A DNA stretch of 62,895 nt, from NCBI GenBank assembly GCA_050260095.1, contig JBLNBQ010000180.1, positions 1-62,895 of the forward strand. Reading direction: 5' to 3'. The notes beneath the pieces are model-generated. The model saw nothing but the letters and a program-made list of their open reading frames with translations. It had not been told where the DNA came from and did no database searches. Positions 41,381 through 50,904 of the stretch are shown one piece after another (the stretch's first letter is position 1; every line of letters begins with the position of its first letter). The stretch comes from Chitinophagales bacterium (lineage in GTDB: Bacteria > Bacillota > UBA5301 > DYFA01). Position numbers and translations under genes: made by a program.

Positions 41381-42022
41381 CTACAGCAGCCGCATGGCCG
41401 CCACCCGGGCGTTCCGGATATGGGTGGCCATGGCGGCGGCGGCAGCTTCGCTATTCCCCTGGCTAAGGGCCTCGACGATCGCCAAATGCTCGGTTTGCGT
41501 CTCCGCCAGCCGCCCGGGCTGGCGGGTGGAGAGAATCCTGATGCGCTGGTTCTGGTCTTGAAGGTTCTTGAACAACGTCTCACAGCGGCGGTTGCCCGCC
41601 TGCAGGACCAGGAAACGGTGGAACTCCTCGTCGGCCTCGATGTAGCCGCCTGGCTGGTATAGGTCGCCCTTCGCCAGCCTTTGGAAGGCGGCCTGGAACT
41701 CCTCGAGCCGGGATACCGGGACGGAACCGGCGATCTTGCGGACCACCCAGGTCTCGAGCGCCTCACGGAGTTCGAAGATCTCGGCGATGTCCTGGATTGA
41801 CAGTTCCGCCACGAAGGCGCCCCGGCGCGGGCTGATCTTGACCAGGGAATCCTGGGCCAGCTGCACGAGGGCTTCCCGCACGGGGGTCCGGCTCATGCCG
41901 AGCTCCTCGGCCAGGGCTTGCTCGCTCAGCACGAATCCCGGCATCAACTGGCAAGAGATGATCCGCTCCTTGAGCTGTTCATAAGCGAGCTGCTTGAGGG
42001 CCGTCCGCGGCCTTGACTCCAC
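41381..42022 (-). CDS. GntR-family transcriptional regulator, FadR/FCD subfamily (copy 1)
   Basis: N-terminal wHTH LSEQALAEELGMSRTPVREALVQLAQDSLV and a C-terminal FCD-like helical domain. Paralog of 53318..53980. Confidence 0.88.
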   Translation of the reverse strand: MESRPRTALKQLAYEQLKERIISCQLMPGFVLSEQALAEELGMSRTPVREALVQLAQDSLVKISPRRGAFVAELSIQDIAEIFELREALETWVVRKIAGSVPVSRLEEFQAAFQRLAKGDLYQPGGYIEADEEFHRFLVLQAGNRRCETLFKNLQDQNQRIRILSTRQPGRLAETQTEHLAIVEALSQGNSEAAAAAMATHIRNARVAAMRLL

Positions 42023-42071
42023 TCGTCCGTTCCCCCTGCTCTGTCCAGATTACCGGAAATGTCGCACGTCG

Positions 42072-42092
42072 TTGTATACTGCCTGTATACCG
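42072..42092. promoter_or_regulatory. Candidate GntR operator: two TGTATAC repeats 11 bp apart upstream of GntR copy 1
   Basis: TTGTATACTGCCTGTATACCG. GTATAC hexamers lie at 42074..42079 and 42085..42090. Each is a palindrome with the GT..AC core typical of FadR-subfamily operators. Confidence 0.35.
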
Positions 42093-42147
42093 CATTGGCA
42101 CGCCGAAACCCTGCCGAAGACCGCCCGAAGAAGGTTGCCAAAATCAT

Positions 42148-42188
42148 AAAAAAATTTGGAGGGCCGCCGGGGAAACCCCCGGCGGCCC
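42148..42188 (-). terminator. Intrinsic terminator after binding-protein gene copy 1
   Basis: The minus strand reads GGGCCGCCGGGG-gttt-CCCCGGCGGCCC, then TCCAAATTTTTTT, 25 nt after the stop at 42213. Confidence 0.7.
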
Positions 42189-42212
42189 TTGGCTTTTCGG
42201 TTCTGCTAAAGC

Positions 42213-43331
42213 TCAGCCTTCGATCTTGAAGGCGACCTTCGGCTGGCCGTTCTGGATCTTCACGATGAAGATCTCGCCGACCGCCTCGCCCTTCTCGTTG
42301 AAGGTGTAGTCGAGGCCCGAGACGCCCGGGAACTTCTTGATCTTGTGCAGGTTGGCCTGCACCGAAGCCGGCTTGTCGCTCTTGCCCATCTCCATCGCCT
42401 TGGCGATCATCATGATCGAGTCGTAGTATAGGACGGAGAAGAGTTCCGGAGCGTGGCCGTACTTGGCGGTGTAGCGCTTGACGAACTTCTGGACCTCAGG
42501 ATCCGGGTTGCTGGCCACGTACGGGGTGGCGGAGAACTTGCCTTCCGCGGCGCCCTGCGCCATGTCGATCGTGGAGTTCTGGGAGAGCGCCATCGACCCG
42601 TAGTAGGCGATGTCCGGGATCAGCTGGTTGACCTGGCGGGTGATGAGGCCCTGCTCCTCGTTGTGGGTGAAGACGATCATCGCTTCGGCGCCCGACTTCT
42701 TGATGTTGAGCAGCTGGGCGGTGAAGTCCTTGTCACCGGTGTTGTGGCCTTCGACCGCCACCGGGGTCAGGCCCTTCTTCTTCAGGGCGGCGATGATGTT
42801 GTCGCGGCCACCGACGCCGAACTGGTCGGTATTGTGGAAGATGGCGATCTTCTTGGCGCCCGACTTGACGGCGGCGTTCACGAGAGCGTTGGCCGCCAGG
42901 GCGTCGTACTCACGCACCCGGAAGATCCAGGGGTTGGCGTCCTGGGTGATCGCCATGGCGGAACCGGTCGCCAGCACGGGGATGCCCATCTGGATCGCGA
43001 TCGGCTTGAACGCCAGGACGGCGGTGGACTGGTGGTCGCCGACCACAGCGGAGACCTTGTCATCGTCGACGAGCTTGCGGAAGGCGTTCACTGCGGTGGT
43101 CGGGACGCCTTGAGAGTCTTCGATGTAGACCTTGACCTTGCGGCCGAGCACGCCGCCCTTGGCGTTGAGGTCTTCTTCCGCCATGAGGGCGCCTTCCCGG
43201 GCCTGGTTGCCCTGCATGGAGGCGCCGCCGGTCAGAGCGGCGAGGGCGCCGATGCGCACGGGGTCAGCGGCGTAGGCGGGGATGGCGAACAGGATTGCGA
43301 CGGCCAGGGAGAGGAGAATCAGCTTGCGCAT
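42213..43331 (-). CDS. Liv-type (Peripla_BP_6) ABC substrate-binding protein, copy 1
   Basis: Signal MRKLILLSLAVAILFAIPAYA, then DPVRIGALAALTGGASMQGNQAREGALMAEEDLNAKGGVLGRKV. ATG at 43331. About 80% identical by eye to 52098..53219. Confidence 0.88.
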   Translation of the reverse strand: MRKLILLSLAVAILFAIPAYAADPVRIGALAALTGGASMQGNQAREGALMAEEDLNAKGGVLGRKVKVYIEDSQGVPTTAVNAFRKLVDDDKVSAVVGDHQSTAVLAFKPIAIQMGIPVLATGSAMAITQDANPWIFRVREYDALAANALVNAAVKSGAKKIAIFHNTDQFGVGGRDNIIAALKKKGLTPVAVEGHNTGDKDFTAQLLNIKKSGAEAMIVFTHNEEQGLITRQVNQLIPDIAYYGSMALSQNSTIDMAQGAAEGKFSATPYVASNPDPEVQKFVKRYTAKYGHAPELFSVLYYDSIMMIAKAMEMGKSDKPASVQANLHKIKKFPGVSGLDYTFNEKGEAVGEIFIVKIQNGQPKVAFKIEG

Positions 43332-43590
43332 TTTCCAACCATCCTTTCCGATTTGGCTTGTCCAAAGCCTGCCGAGAGTGCCTTGAAAATTCGAACAACC
43401 GTTGGTGCGAAAATTCCTCCTTTCCTGCCAGGACAGGAAGGGCTTGTACTCTGGCACTACGCTGTGCCGCTCAGGGTATTTTCCGCCCGTCCGGACAAAT
43501 CCTGCCGGCTTTGCGGACCACATTTTCCCCGCACCCTGGCAGGAGCGACGGAAAACGGGTCAGAACCGTCTGTCAGGGGAGGGCGGAAAG

Positions 43591-44259
43591 GTGAGCGGAC
43601 AGTTTCCTCCTTATCCTGGTGACCTGGAATGTCTTGACCGTTATCGGAGCGACCGCCGCCCGTTCTTCATGGTCCGGGCCGATCCTCCACCAGCGATCGT
43701 GCTCGGGTGTGGCACTCCCGCCGCGCCCGACGTCGATTTGGACAACTGCCGGGCCGACGCGGTCCCCGTCTACCGGCGCCGGGGCGGGGGCGGAGCGGTG
43801 GTGCTGGGCCCGGGCGTGGTCGTCGTCAGCGGGTGCTTCCCCAAGGTCGAAGGCCGGTGGCCCGACGAGTGGTCCGCCCGGCTGGTGGCGGTGGTCGGGA
43901 CGGCGCTTGCAGCTGCGGCGCGCCCGGAGCCGGCGTCCGCTGGCTCCGGCCCCCGGCCGGAACTCGTCTCCCGGGGCCTGGGCGATCTCTGCCTGGCTCC
44001 GGCAGGCGATGAACCGGAGCGGAAGATCCTCGGCTCCAGCCTGTATCTCCCGAAAGACGCCGTGCTCTACCAGGCCAGCCTGCTCTACCGCGCCGATCTC
44101 TCGCTGATCACCCGCTACCTGGGGCCGCCCTCCCGGGAACCGGCCTACCGCCGGGGCCGGGCCCACGCCGACTTCGTGGCGAACCTGCCCTGGGCGCTCG
44201 ACCTGGCCTGCCTGGAAGCCCGCTTGAACGCGGCCATCCCTTCCCTGCTGGGCTCATAG
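43591..44259 (+). CDS. Lipoate-protein ligase/octanoyltransferase-family protein (BPL_LplA_LipB)
   Basis: VYRRRGGGGAVVLGPG (compare the LplA RRxSGGGAV motif) and ERKILGSSLY (catalytic Lys region). Divergent from the 2-oxoacid dehydrogenase operon. GTG at 43591 follows GGGAGGG. The sequence is divergent. Confidence 0.55.
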   Translation: MSGQFPPYPGDLECLDRYRSDRRPFFMVRADPPPAIVLGCGTPAAPDVDLDNCRADAVPVYRRRGGGGAVVLGPGVVVVSGCFPKVEGRWPDEWSARLVAVVGTALAAAARPEPASAGSGPRPELVSRGLGDLCLAPAGDEPERKILGSSLYLPKDAVLYQASLLYRADLSLITRYLGPPSREPAYRRGRAHADFVANLPWALDLACLEARLNAAIPSLLGS

Positions 44260-45663
44260 GCGCTCGTGCCCCGTGTGCAGGGGACGTCCGGCCGCGGCGA
44301 GCGCCGCCTCCCGCAGGGCCTCCGTCAGGGTCGGGTGAGCATGCACCCCTTCGATCAACTCCGCCAAGGTGCATTCCTGCGCGATGGCCAGCGCCGCCTC
44401 GCCCACCAGTTCGGTGGCGCCCGGACCCACGATGGCCACGCCGACCACCTGATCGTAATGGGCCTCCGCGATCACTTTGACCAGGCCGGCGGTTTCGCCC
44501 ATGGCCAGCGCCTTGCCGTTGGCGGCGAAGGGGAACCGTCCCACTTTGAGGGTTCCGTGCACCTTCTGCGCCTCCGGCTCGCTTAAGCCCACCGAGGCCA
44601 CCTCGGGGCTGGTGTAGACGCACCGGGGCACCGCCCGCAGGCGGAGGGGTTCGCCCCGCCCCAGGGCGTTCTCGGCCGCCGCCGCACCCTCGTGGAAGGC
44701 CACGTGGGCGAGCTGCCAGCCGCCAGTCACGTCGCCCGCCGCGAAGACGCCCTTCACGGTGGTCTCCCCGCGCTCGTCGACCACGATCCCACTGCGCTCG
44801 ACTTTGACCCCCAGGGCCTCCAGGCCAAGCCCAGCGACCCGCGGCCGGCGGCCGACCGAGACCAGCGCGACCTCCGCCTCGAGCAGGCGTTCGGCACCGT
44901 CCCGTCCTTTGACCGTGGCGGTCAGCCGCCCCTCCCCCGACTCGGCGAGGCTCTGCAGCCGGGCCGCGGTCAGCACGGTCACCCCCGACCGGGCGAGTTC
45001 CCGGGCGAGCACCCCGGCGATCTCCGGGTCCTCGCGCGGCAGGAGTTGCTCCTCGGCCTCGATGATAGTCACCTGGCTGCCGAAAGCCTGGTAGATGCTG
45101 GCGAATTCGCAGCCGATGACCCCCCCGCCGATGATGAGGAGCCGCGGCGGGACCTCCGGCAGGCTCAGGGCCTCGGTGCTGCCGACGATGTTCCGCCCGT
45201 TGAGGCGGGCGATGGGCAGGTCGACGGTCTCCGAGCCGGTCGCGATGAGGACGGCGCGGGCCGCAACTTCCCGCGGCTCGGGTCCCTCCAGCGCCACCCG
45301 GTCTTTGGCCACCAGCCGGGCCTTGCCTTTGACGACCTCGACCCCCGCCTGCCGCAATAGCCCGGCGACGCCGCCGGTGAGCCGGCGCACGACCTGGTCC
45401 TTCCGGGCCAGGACGGCCGCCAGGTTGAGGCTGGCCCCCTGGACCTCGATCCCGTAGGTCTTGGCCTTCTTGATCTCCGTGTAAAGGTGGGCGCTGTGCA
45501 GGAGCGTCTTGGTGGGGATGCAGCCGACGTTGAGGCAGGTGCCGCCGAGCGCGGCCTCCTCGATCAGCTGGACCCGCGCCCCCAGCTGCGCCCCCCGGAG
45601 GGCGGCGACGTACCCGGCCGGCCCCCCGCCGACCACGATGAGGTCCACGGCTTGTTCGGTCAC
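44254..45663 (-). CDS. lpd: Dihydrolipoyl dehydrogenase (E3)
   Basis: GGGPAGYVAALRGAQLG, redox-active GGTCLNVGCIPTK, IIGGGVIGCEFA, C-terminal HAHPTLTE. Confidence 0.93.
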   Translation of the reverse strand: MTEQAVDLIVVGGGPAGYVAALRGAQLGARVQLIEEAALGGTCLNVGCIPTKTLLHSAHLYTEIKKAKTYGIEVQGASLNLAAVLARKDQVVRRLTGGVAGLLRQAGVEVVKGKARLVAKDRVALEGPEPREVAARAVLIATGSETVDLPIARLNGRNIVGSTEALSLPEVPPRLLIIGGGVIGCEFASIYQAFGSQVTIIEAEEQLLPREDPEIAGVLARELARSGVTVLTAARLQSLAESGEGRLTATVKGRDGAERLLEAEVALVSVGRRPRVAGLGLEALGVKVERSGIVVDERGETTVKGVFAAGDVTGGWQLAHVAFHEGAAAAENALGRGEPLRLRAVPRCVYTSPEVASVGLSEPEAQKVHGTLKVGRFPFAANGKALAMGETAGLVKVIAEAHYDQVVGVAIVGPGATELVGEAALAIAQECTLAELIEGVHAHPTLTEALREAALAAAGRPLHTGHERL

Positions 45664-46973
45664 GGCCGGCAGACCTCCCGCAGCTCGGCGCCTTCGATGA
45701 TCTCCTTGAGCCGCGCCAGGAACTGGGCGGCCATCACGCCGTCGACCGCCCGGTGATCGCAGGTGATAGTGAACGAGGTCACCTGCCGGACGGCGATCCC
45801 CCGGCCCTCGGGGCGCAACTCCTCTCGCAGGCCGCCGACGGCCAGGATGCCGGCCTGCGGCGGGTTGAGGATGGCCGAGAAGGAGGTGACGCCGAACATG
45901 CCCAGGTTGGAGAGGGTGAACGTCCCGCCCGTCAGATCGTCGAGCGAGAGGCTCCCCCGCCGGGCGCTGGCGGCCAGGCGCTTCAAGTCGGCGGCCACCT
46001 CCGCGAGGCTCCGGAGATTCGCGTCGCGGATGACCGGCACCACCAGACCCTGCTCGGCGCCGACGGCCACGCCCAGGTGAACCTGGGGCTGGACGGAGAT
46101 CGCCTCGCTGCTGACGAACGAGTTGAGGATCGGGAACGCCTCCAGCGCCCGGGCCACCGCCTTGATGAGCAGGTCGGTGTAGGAGAGACGGATGCGATAG
46201 GCGCTTTCGAAGGCTGGCTGGAGTTCGTCGCGCAACTGCACCAGCTGGTCCATGAGGATGTCCGTGCTGACGTGGAACTGTGGCGCCTCCCGCACGGAAC
46301 GGGTGAGCCGCTCGGCGATAATCCCGCGCACGCCCGTGAGCGGGATGGTCCTGACTTCGCCGGCCGCGTCTTCCGCGGGACGCGGGGCCGCCGGGGCCGA
46401 GGCAGGCGCCGGAACAGCCGTTGGGGCAGGCGCCGAAGCCGGAGCGACCGGCGGGGCCGGCGAAACCGCAGCCGCCTTCGCCGCCGAGTGGGCGGCGTAC
46501 CGCCGGACATCTTCCATCACGATCCGCCCGCCCGGGCCGGTGCCGGAGAGACCGGCGAGCGCCGTCTCGGGCACGCCAAGCTCGCGGGCGACCCGGCGCG
46601 CCGCCGGAGAGATGCGCAGACGCCCGCCCTCCGCCGGGCTTGGGCTGGCCGGCGCGACCGGAGCGCCGGTTTCAGTGGCCGGGCCGGGCGCCGCCGCGGC
46701 GGGAGCGGCCGGTGCCGCCACCGGTCCGGGAACTTCCCCGTCGCCGAGCACCTGCCCGATCACGTCCAGGATGGGGAGGACAGCGCCTTCGGCCGCCACG
46801 ATCTGCAGGCGCCCGGCCGCCGGCGCTTCGACTTCCATGTTAGCCTTGTCGGTGAGGATCTCCACGATCGGCTCGCCCTTCGTGACGGAGGCTCCGTCGG
46901 TCTTGAGCCAGCGGACGATCGTCCCTTCCGTCATCGTCAGGCCCAACTTCGGCATGATGACTGGCGTTGCCAC
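45660..46973 (-). CDS. Dihydrolipoamide acyltransferase (E2) with one lipoyl domain
   Basis: Lipoyl domain VEILTDKANMEVEAP, Ala/Pro linkers, subunit-binding domain ISPAARRVARELGV, catalytic ...SCDHRAVDG-type motif (ITCDHRAVDG). Confidence 0.92.
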   Translation of the reverse strand: MATPVIMPKLGLTMTEGTIVRWLKTDGASVTKGEPIVEILTDKANMEVEAPAAGRLQIVAAEGAVLPILDVIGQVLGDGEVPGPVAAPAAPAAAAPGPATETGAPVAPASPSPAEGGRLRISPAARRVARELGVPETALAGLSGTGPGGRIVMEDVRRYAAHSAAKAAAVSPAPPVAPASAPAPTAVPAPASAPAAPRPAEDAAGEVRTIPLTGVRGIIAERLTRSVREAPQFHVSTDILMDQLVQLRDELQPAFESAYRIRLSYTDLLIKAVARALEAFPILNSFVSSEAISVQPQVHLGVAVGAEQGLVVPVIRDANLRSLAEVAADLKRLAASARRGSLSLDDLTGGTFTLSNLGMFGVTSFSAILNPPQAGILAVGGLREELRPEGRGIAVRQVTSFTITCDHRAVDGVMAAQFLARLKEIIEGAELREVCRP

Positions 46974-46983
46974 GCGGATCCCC

Positions 46984-47964
46984 CTATTCCCGGCCGAGCG
47001 TCCGCCGCACGGCGCTGATGATCTCCGCCTCGCCCGGCACCACGAACTGCTCCATCGGCGGGCTGAACGGGATGGGCGTGTCTTTCGTGGCGACCCGCTC
47101 GATGGGCGCGTCCAGGTAGTCGAAGCATTCGTGCTGCAGGAGCGCCGCCAGTTCCGCCCCGATGCCGCAAGTCCGATGGCCCTCGTCGGCGATTACCAGC
47201 CGGTTCGTCTTCCGCACCGAGGCCGCCAGCGTCTCGAGGTCGAGTGGGTTCAAGGTGCGGGGATCGACCACCTCGACGTCGATGCCGTCCGCCTGGAGCT
47301 TCTCCGCTGCGGTGAGCGCCTTCTGGACCAGGAAGGAGGTGGCGATGACCGTGACGTCCTTCCCTTGGCGGCAGACGTTGGCCTGGCCGAAGGAGATCAG
47401 GTACTCCTCCTCCGGCACGGGTCCCTTGAAGTTGTACTGCATCTTGTGCTCGAAGAACATGACCGGGTCTTCGGACCGGATGGCCGTCTTGAGCAGGCCC
47501 TTGGCCTCGTAGGGCGAAGAGGGCAGCACCACCCGGAAGCCCGGCACGTGCCAGAACCAGGCGTGCAGGCTCTGCGAGTGCTGGGCCGCCGAGGACCGCC
47601 CGCCCCCGATGGTGGTGCGGACCACCATGGGCACGCTGACCTGCCCGCCCGACATGTAGCGCATCTTCGCCGTCTGGTTAACCAACTGGTCCATCGCGTT
47701 GGCCGTGAAGTCGGAGAACATCACCTCGACCACCGGGCGCATCCCGGTGATCGCCAGGCCCAGCCCGACGCCGACGATGCCGTTCTCCGAGATCGGCGTA
47801 TCCAGCACCCGGTCCTCGCCGAATTGCGCCCAGAGGCCCTCGGTCACCTTGAAGTTGCCGCCGTATGGTCCGACATCCTCGCCGAGCATGACCACGCGCG
47901 GGTCGCGGGCGAGTTCCTCTTTCAGCGCCTCATTGATCGCAGCCTTAAGCGTGAGCTCTCTCAT
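46984..47964 (-). CDS. 2-oxoacid dehydrogenase E1 beta subunit
   Basis: MGEDVGPYGGNFKVTEGL...DTPISENGIVGVGLGLA...FSDF... Confidence 0.9.
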   Translation of the reverse strand: MRELTLKAAINEALKEELARDPRVVMLGEDVGPYGGNFKVTEGLWAQFGEDRVLDTPISENGIVGVGLGLAITGMRPVVEVMFSDFTANAMDQLVNQTAKMRYMSGGQVSVPMVVRTTIGGGRSSAAQHSQSLHAWFWHVPGFRVVLPSSPYEAKGLLKTAIRSEDPVMFFEHKMQYNFKGPVPEEEYLISFGQANVCRQGKDVTVIATSFLVQKALTAAEKLQADGIDVEVVDPRTLNPLDLETLAASVRKTNRLVIADEGHRTCGIGAELAALLQHECFDYLDAPIERVATKDTPIPFSPPMEQFVVPGEAEIISAVRRTLGRE

Positions 47965-48947
47965 CGTGCGTTCCCCCCGCCCGCCGCCTCGGTGTAAATG
48001 TCGTCGAAGGCCTCTTCCGGCGCCGGCAACGGGCTGGCCTTCCCGTACTCGACCGCCGCGTCCAGCTCGGCTGCGACGGCCCGCTCCAGCTCGGCGAGCT
48101 CAGCGGCGTTTGCCGACCCGTCGGCCAGGAGCTGCGCCTTGAAACGCGGCAGGGGATCCTTGTCGCGCCAGGCGGCGATCTCTTCCTTCGTCCGGTAGGC
48201 GGTGCCGGGTTCGCCGCAGGAGTGCCCGCCGTAGCGGTAGGTCTTGCACTCGACCAGCGTGGGGCCTTCCCCGCGCCGGGCCCGCTCCACCGCGTCCTTC
48301 ACCCTCTGGTAGACCTCGAGGACGTCCATCCCGTCGCAGATGACGCCCGGCATCCCGTAGGCCGCCGCCCGGACGGCCACGTCCTTGATGGCCTGGTGCC
48401 GGGCCTGGGAGACCGAGATGCCGTACCCGTTGTTCTCGCAGACGAAGATCACCGGCAGCTTCCAGAGCCCGGCCATGTTGATCGCCTCGTGCCAGGTGCC
48501 CTGGTTGGTGGCGGCGTCGCCGAAGAAGCTGACGACCACCTGCCCGGTCCCCATCAACTTGGCTTTGAGCCCCGCGCCGGCCGCGATCGGGATGCCGCCG
48601 GCGACGATGCCGTTGGCCCCCAGGATGCCGAGGCTGATGTCGAAAATGTGCATGGAACCGCCCTTGCCTTTGCAGTAGCCGGTCCGGCGGCCCATCACCT
48701 CGGCCATCATCCGGGAGACGTCGCCGCCCTTGGCGATGCAATGGCCGTGTCCCCGGTGGGTGCTGGTGATGTAATCGGAATCCTGCAAAGCCGCGCAGGC
48801 GCCGACGGCCACCGCCTCTTCCCCGTCGTACAGGTGGGCCAGACCCGCCATGAACCCGCCGGCATAAACCTCTTTGATCTTCTCCTCGAAGCCCCGGATG
48901 AGGAGCATCTTGCGGTACATCTCGAGCTTCAGCGCGCGCTCGACCAT
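47961..48947 (-). CDS. 2-oxoacid dehydrogenase E1 alpha subunit (TPP-binding; acetoin/pyruvate/branched-chain type)
   Basis: YDGEEAVAVGA...TSTHRGHGHCIAKG...FFGDAATNQGTWHEAINMA...ENNGYGIS. 328 aa, the size class of AcoA/BkdAA. Confidence 0.88.
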   Translation of the reverse strand: MVERALKLEMYRKMLLIRGFEEKIKEVYAGGFMAGLAHLYDGEEAVAVGACAALQDSDYITSTHRGHGHCIAKGGDVSRMMAEVMGRRTGYCKGKGGSMHIFDISLGILGANGIVAGGIPIAAGAGLKAKLMGTGQVVVSFFGDAATNQGTWHEAINMAGLWKLPVIFVCENNGYGISVSQARHQAIKDVAVRAAAYGMPGVICDGMDVLEVYQRVKDAVERARRGEGPTLVECKTYRYGGHSCGEPGTAYRTKEEIAAWRDKDPLPRFKAQLLADGSANAAELAELERAVAAELDAAVEYGKASPLPAPEEAFDDIYTEAAGGGNAR

Positions 48948-48989
48948 CGCTATCCCCGCTTTCCTTTTCCGAACCGGATCGGTCCCGCC

Positions 48990-49736
48990 TCAATCCATCA
49001 GGGCGCCGCCGTTGACGTCGAGCGTGGCGCCGGTGATGAAGCCGCTTTCCTCCGCCGCCAGGAAGAGCACGGCCTGTGCGATGTCGGCCGGCACCCCCAG
49101 GCGCCCGACCGGGATGCGGGCCGTGAGCATCGCCCGCTGCTCCGAAGACCAGTCGGCCGTCATCGCCGTGTCGATAGTCCCCGGCGCGACCGCGTTGACG
49201 GTCACCCCGCTTGCCGCCAGATGACGGGCGAAGACCTTGGTGACGCCCAGGACGCCCGCCTTGGAGGCCGTGTAGTGACAGCCGGCGACCAATGCCCCCA
49301 TCTTGCCGGCGATCGAGGAGATGTTGATGATGCGGCCGTAGCCCTGGGCGATCATCAGCGGGGCCGTCGCCTGGCACATGAAGAAAACCGACTTCAAGTT
49401 CACCGTGAGGACCTTGTCCCACTCCTCCGGAGTGATCTCGAGCGGCGGCGTGTTGGGGCAGATGCCCGCGTTGTTCACCAGGATGTCGAGGCGGCCGAAG
49501 TCGTGTCGCACCCGCTCGATCAAGGCCCGGATCTCCTCCACCTGACCCAAGTCGGCGGCGAGCCCGTCGGCCTGCCAGCCCCGCTCGCGCCAGACGGCCG
49601 CCGCCTGCTCCACCCCTTGGCGGTTCACGTCCACCAGGATGACCCGGCAGCCGGCTGCGGCCAACCGCCCGGTGATCTCGAAGCCGATGCCGCGCGCCGC
49701 CCCGGTCACCAGCGCGACCCTTCCTGCAAAGCCCAT
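48990..49736 (-). CDS. Short-chain dehydrogenase/reductase (FabG/acetoin-reductase-like)
   Basis: ALVTGAARGIGFEI, NNAGI, catalytic S...YTASKAG, PGTIDT. ATG at 49736 follows AGGAGGGA. Confidence 0.88.
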   Translation of the reverse strand: MGFAGRVALVTGAARGIGFEITGRLAAAGCRVILVDVNRQGVEQAAAVWRERGWQADGLAADLGQVEEIRALIERVRHDFGRLDILVNNAGICPNTPPLEITPEEWDKVLTVNLKSVFFMCQATAPLMIAQGYGRIINISSIAGKMGALVAGCHYTASKAGVLGVTKVFARHLAASGVTVNAVAPGTIDTAMTADWSSEQRAMLTARIPVGRLGVPADIAQAVLFLAAEESGFITGATLDVNGGALMD

Positions 49737-49747
49737 GTTGGTCCCTC

Positions 49748-50767
49748 CTAGAGGTCGATGACCGTCTTGATTTCGTCCTGGCCGCCGGTGGCCAGCGCCC
49801 GCATGGTGCTGTCGAACTCTTCCAGCTTGATCCGGCGGGTGATCAGTTCGCTCGTGACCAGGCGGCCCTCCTCGACGAGCCGCAGCGCCTCCGGGAAGAC
49901 TCCCCGGCTGTTCCGGCTGCCGAGCAGGTCGAGTTCCCGCTTGTTCAAAAGGTCGGGCCGGAAGGTGACCTCGTCGTGGCAGACGCCGATGAGCACCACC
50001 TGGCCGGCGTAGGAGACGAGGTCGAGGGCGAGCTTGACGGTGGCGCTGACGCCGACCACCTCGAAGACCGCCGACGGGCCGACGCCCCCCGTGAAGTCGC
50101 GGACCACCTTCTGCACGTCCTCCGTCCGGGAGTTGACCACCACGTCGGCGCCGAGCCGCTTCGCCCGCTCCAGGCGGGAGTCGCGGACGTCGATGGCGAT
50201 GACCCGCGCCCCCTCCGCCTTGAGGATCTGGATGGCGAGCAGCCCGATGTTCCCGGCGCCGATCACCGCCGCAGTGTCGCCGGCCTTGACGCGTGAACGC
50301 CGGACGCCGTGCATGGCCACCCCGGCCGGTTCCACGAAGGAGAGGGTGTCGAAGCCGAAGCCGGCCGGCGTCTTGTAGAGGTGAGCGACGGGCGCCGTGA
50401 TGTACTCCTGCATGGCGCCGTCGCGGTGGACGCCCATCACCTCCAGCTTCTCGCAGCAGTTGGTCCGGCCCAGGCTGCACGGATAGCACTCGTGGCACGG
50501 GATGTAGGGGTCGACCACGACGACATCGCCGGCCGCAAGGCCCCGGCGGTCCGTCTCCGGCCCGAACTCCACCACCTCGGCCGCCACTTCGTGGCCGGGT
50601 ACCCGCGGGTAGGTCATGAAGGAGTGAAGGCCCTGCCAGGCACGGATGTCGGTGCCGCAGACGCCGACGCACCTGACCCTGAGGAGCGCCTCGCCGGGAC
50701 CGGGCTTGGGGACGGGGGCTTCGACCACTTCAGCCAGCATAGGTTTCTGCAAGACCAACCGCTTCAC
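49748..50767 (-). CDS. Zn-dependent alcohol dehydrogenase (MDR; butanediol/threonine dehydrogenase-like)
   Basis: GVCGTDIRAW, PGHEVAAEVVEFG, structural-zinc CHECYPCSLGRTNCC, VIGAGNIGLL. GTG start follows GGGAGG. Confidence 0.85.
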   Translation of the reverse strand: MKRLVLQKPMLAEVVEAPVPKPGPGEALLRVRCVGVCGTDIRAWQGLHSFMTYPRVPGHEVAAEVVEFGPETDRRGLAAGDVVVVDPYIPCHECYPCSLGRTNCCEKLEVMGVHRDGAMQEYITAPVAHLYKTPAGFGFDTLSFVEPAGVAMHGVRRSRVKAGDTAAVIGAGNIGLLAIQILKAEGARVIAIDVRDSRLERAKRLGADVVVNSRTEDVQKVVRDFTGGVGPSAVFEVVGVSATVKLALDLVSYAGQVVLIGVCHDEVTFRPDLLNKRELDLLGSRNSRGVFPEALRLVEEGRLVTSELITRRIKLEEFDSTMRALATGGQDEIKTVIDL

Positions 50768-50811
50768 GGTGTGAACCTCCCACGCTACCGGGTCCGCCGC
50801 CCACGACAGCC

Positions 50812-50837
50812 CTGGTAGACATCTCGTATACTACCAG
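50812..50837. promoter_or_regulatory. Candidate operator/inverted repeat with a GTATAC core upstream of the Zn-ADH / 2-oxoacid dehydrogenase genes
   Basis: CTGGTAG-acatctcGTATA-CTACCAG, a 7-bp inverted repeat. GTATAC lies at 50826..50831, in an unusually AT-rich 137-nt intergenic gap. Confidence 0.3.
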
Positions 50838-50904
50838 CATACAATATTGGCCCCACGAACTCCTGCTGCTCCCACTATTCCGAATAATTTTCCGAAGGAA
50901 GAAG

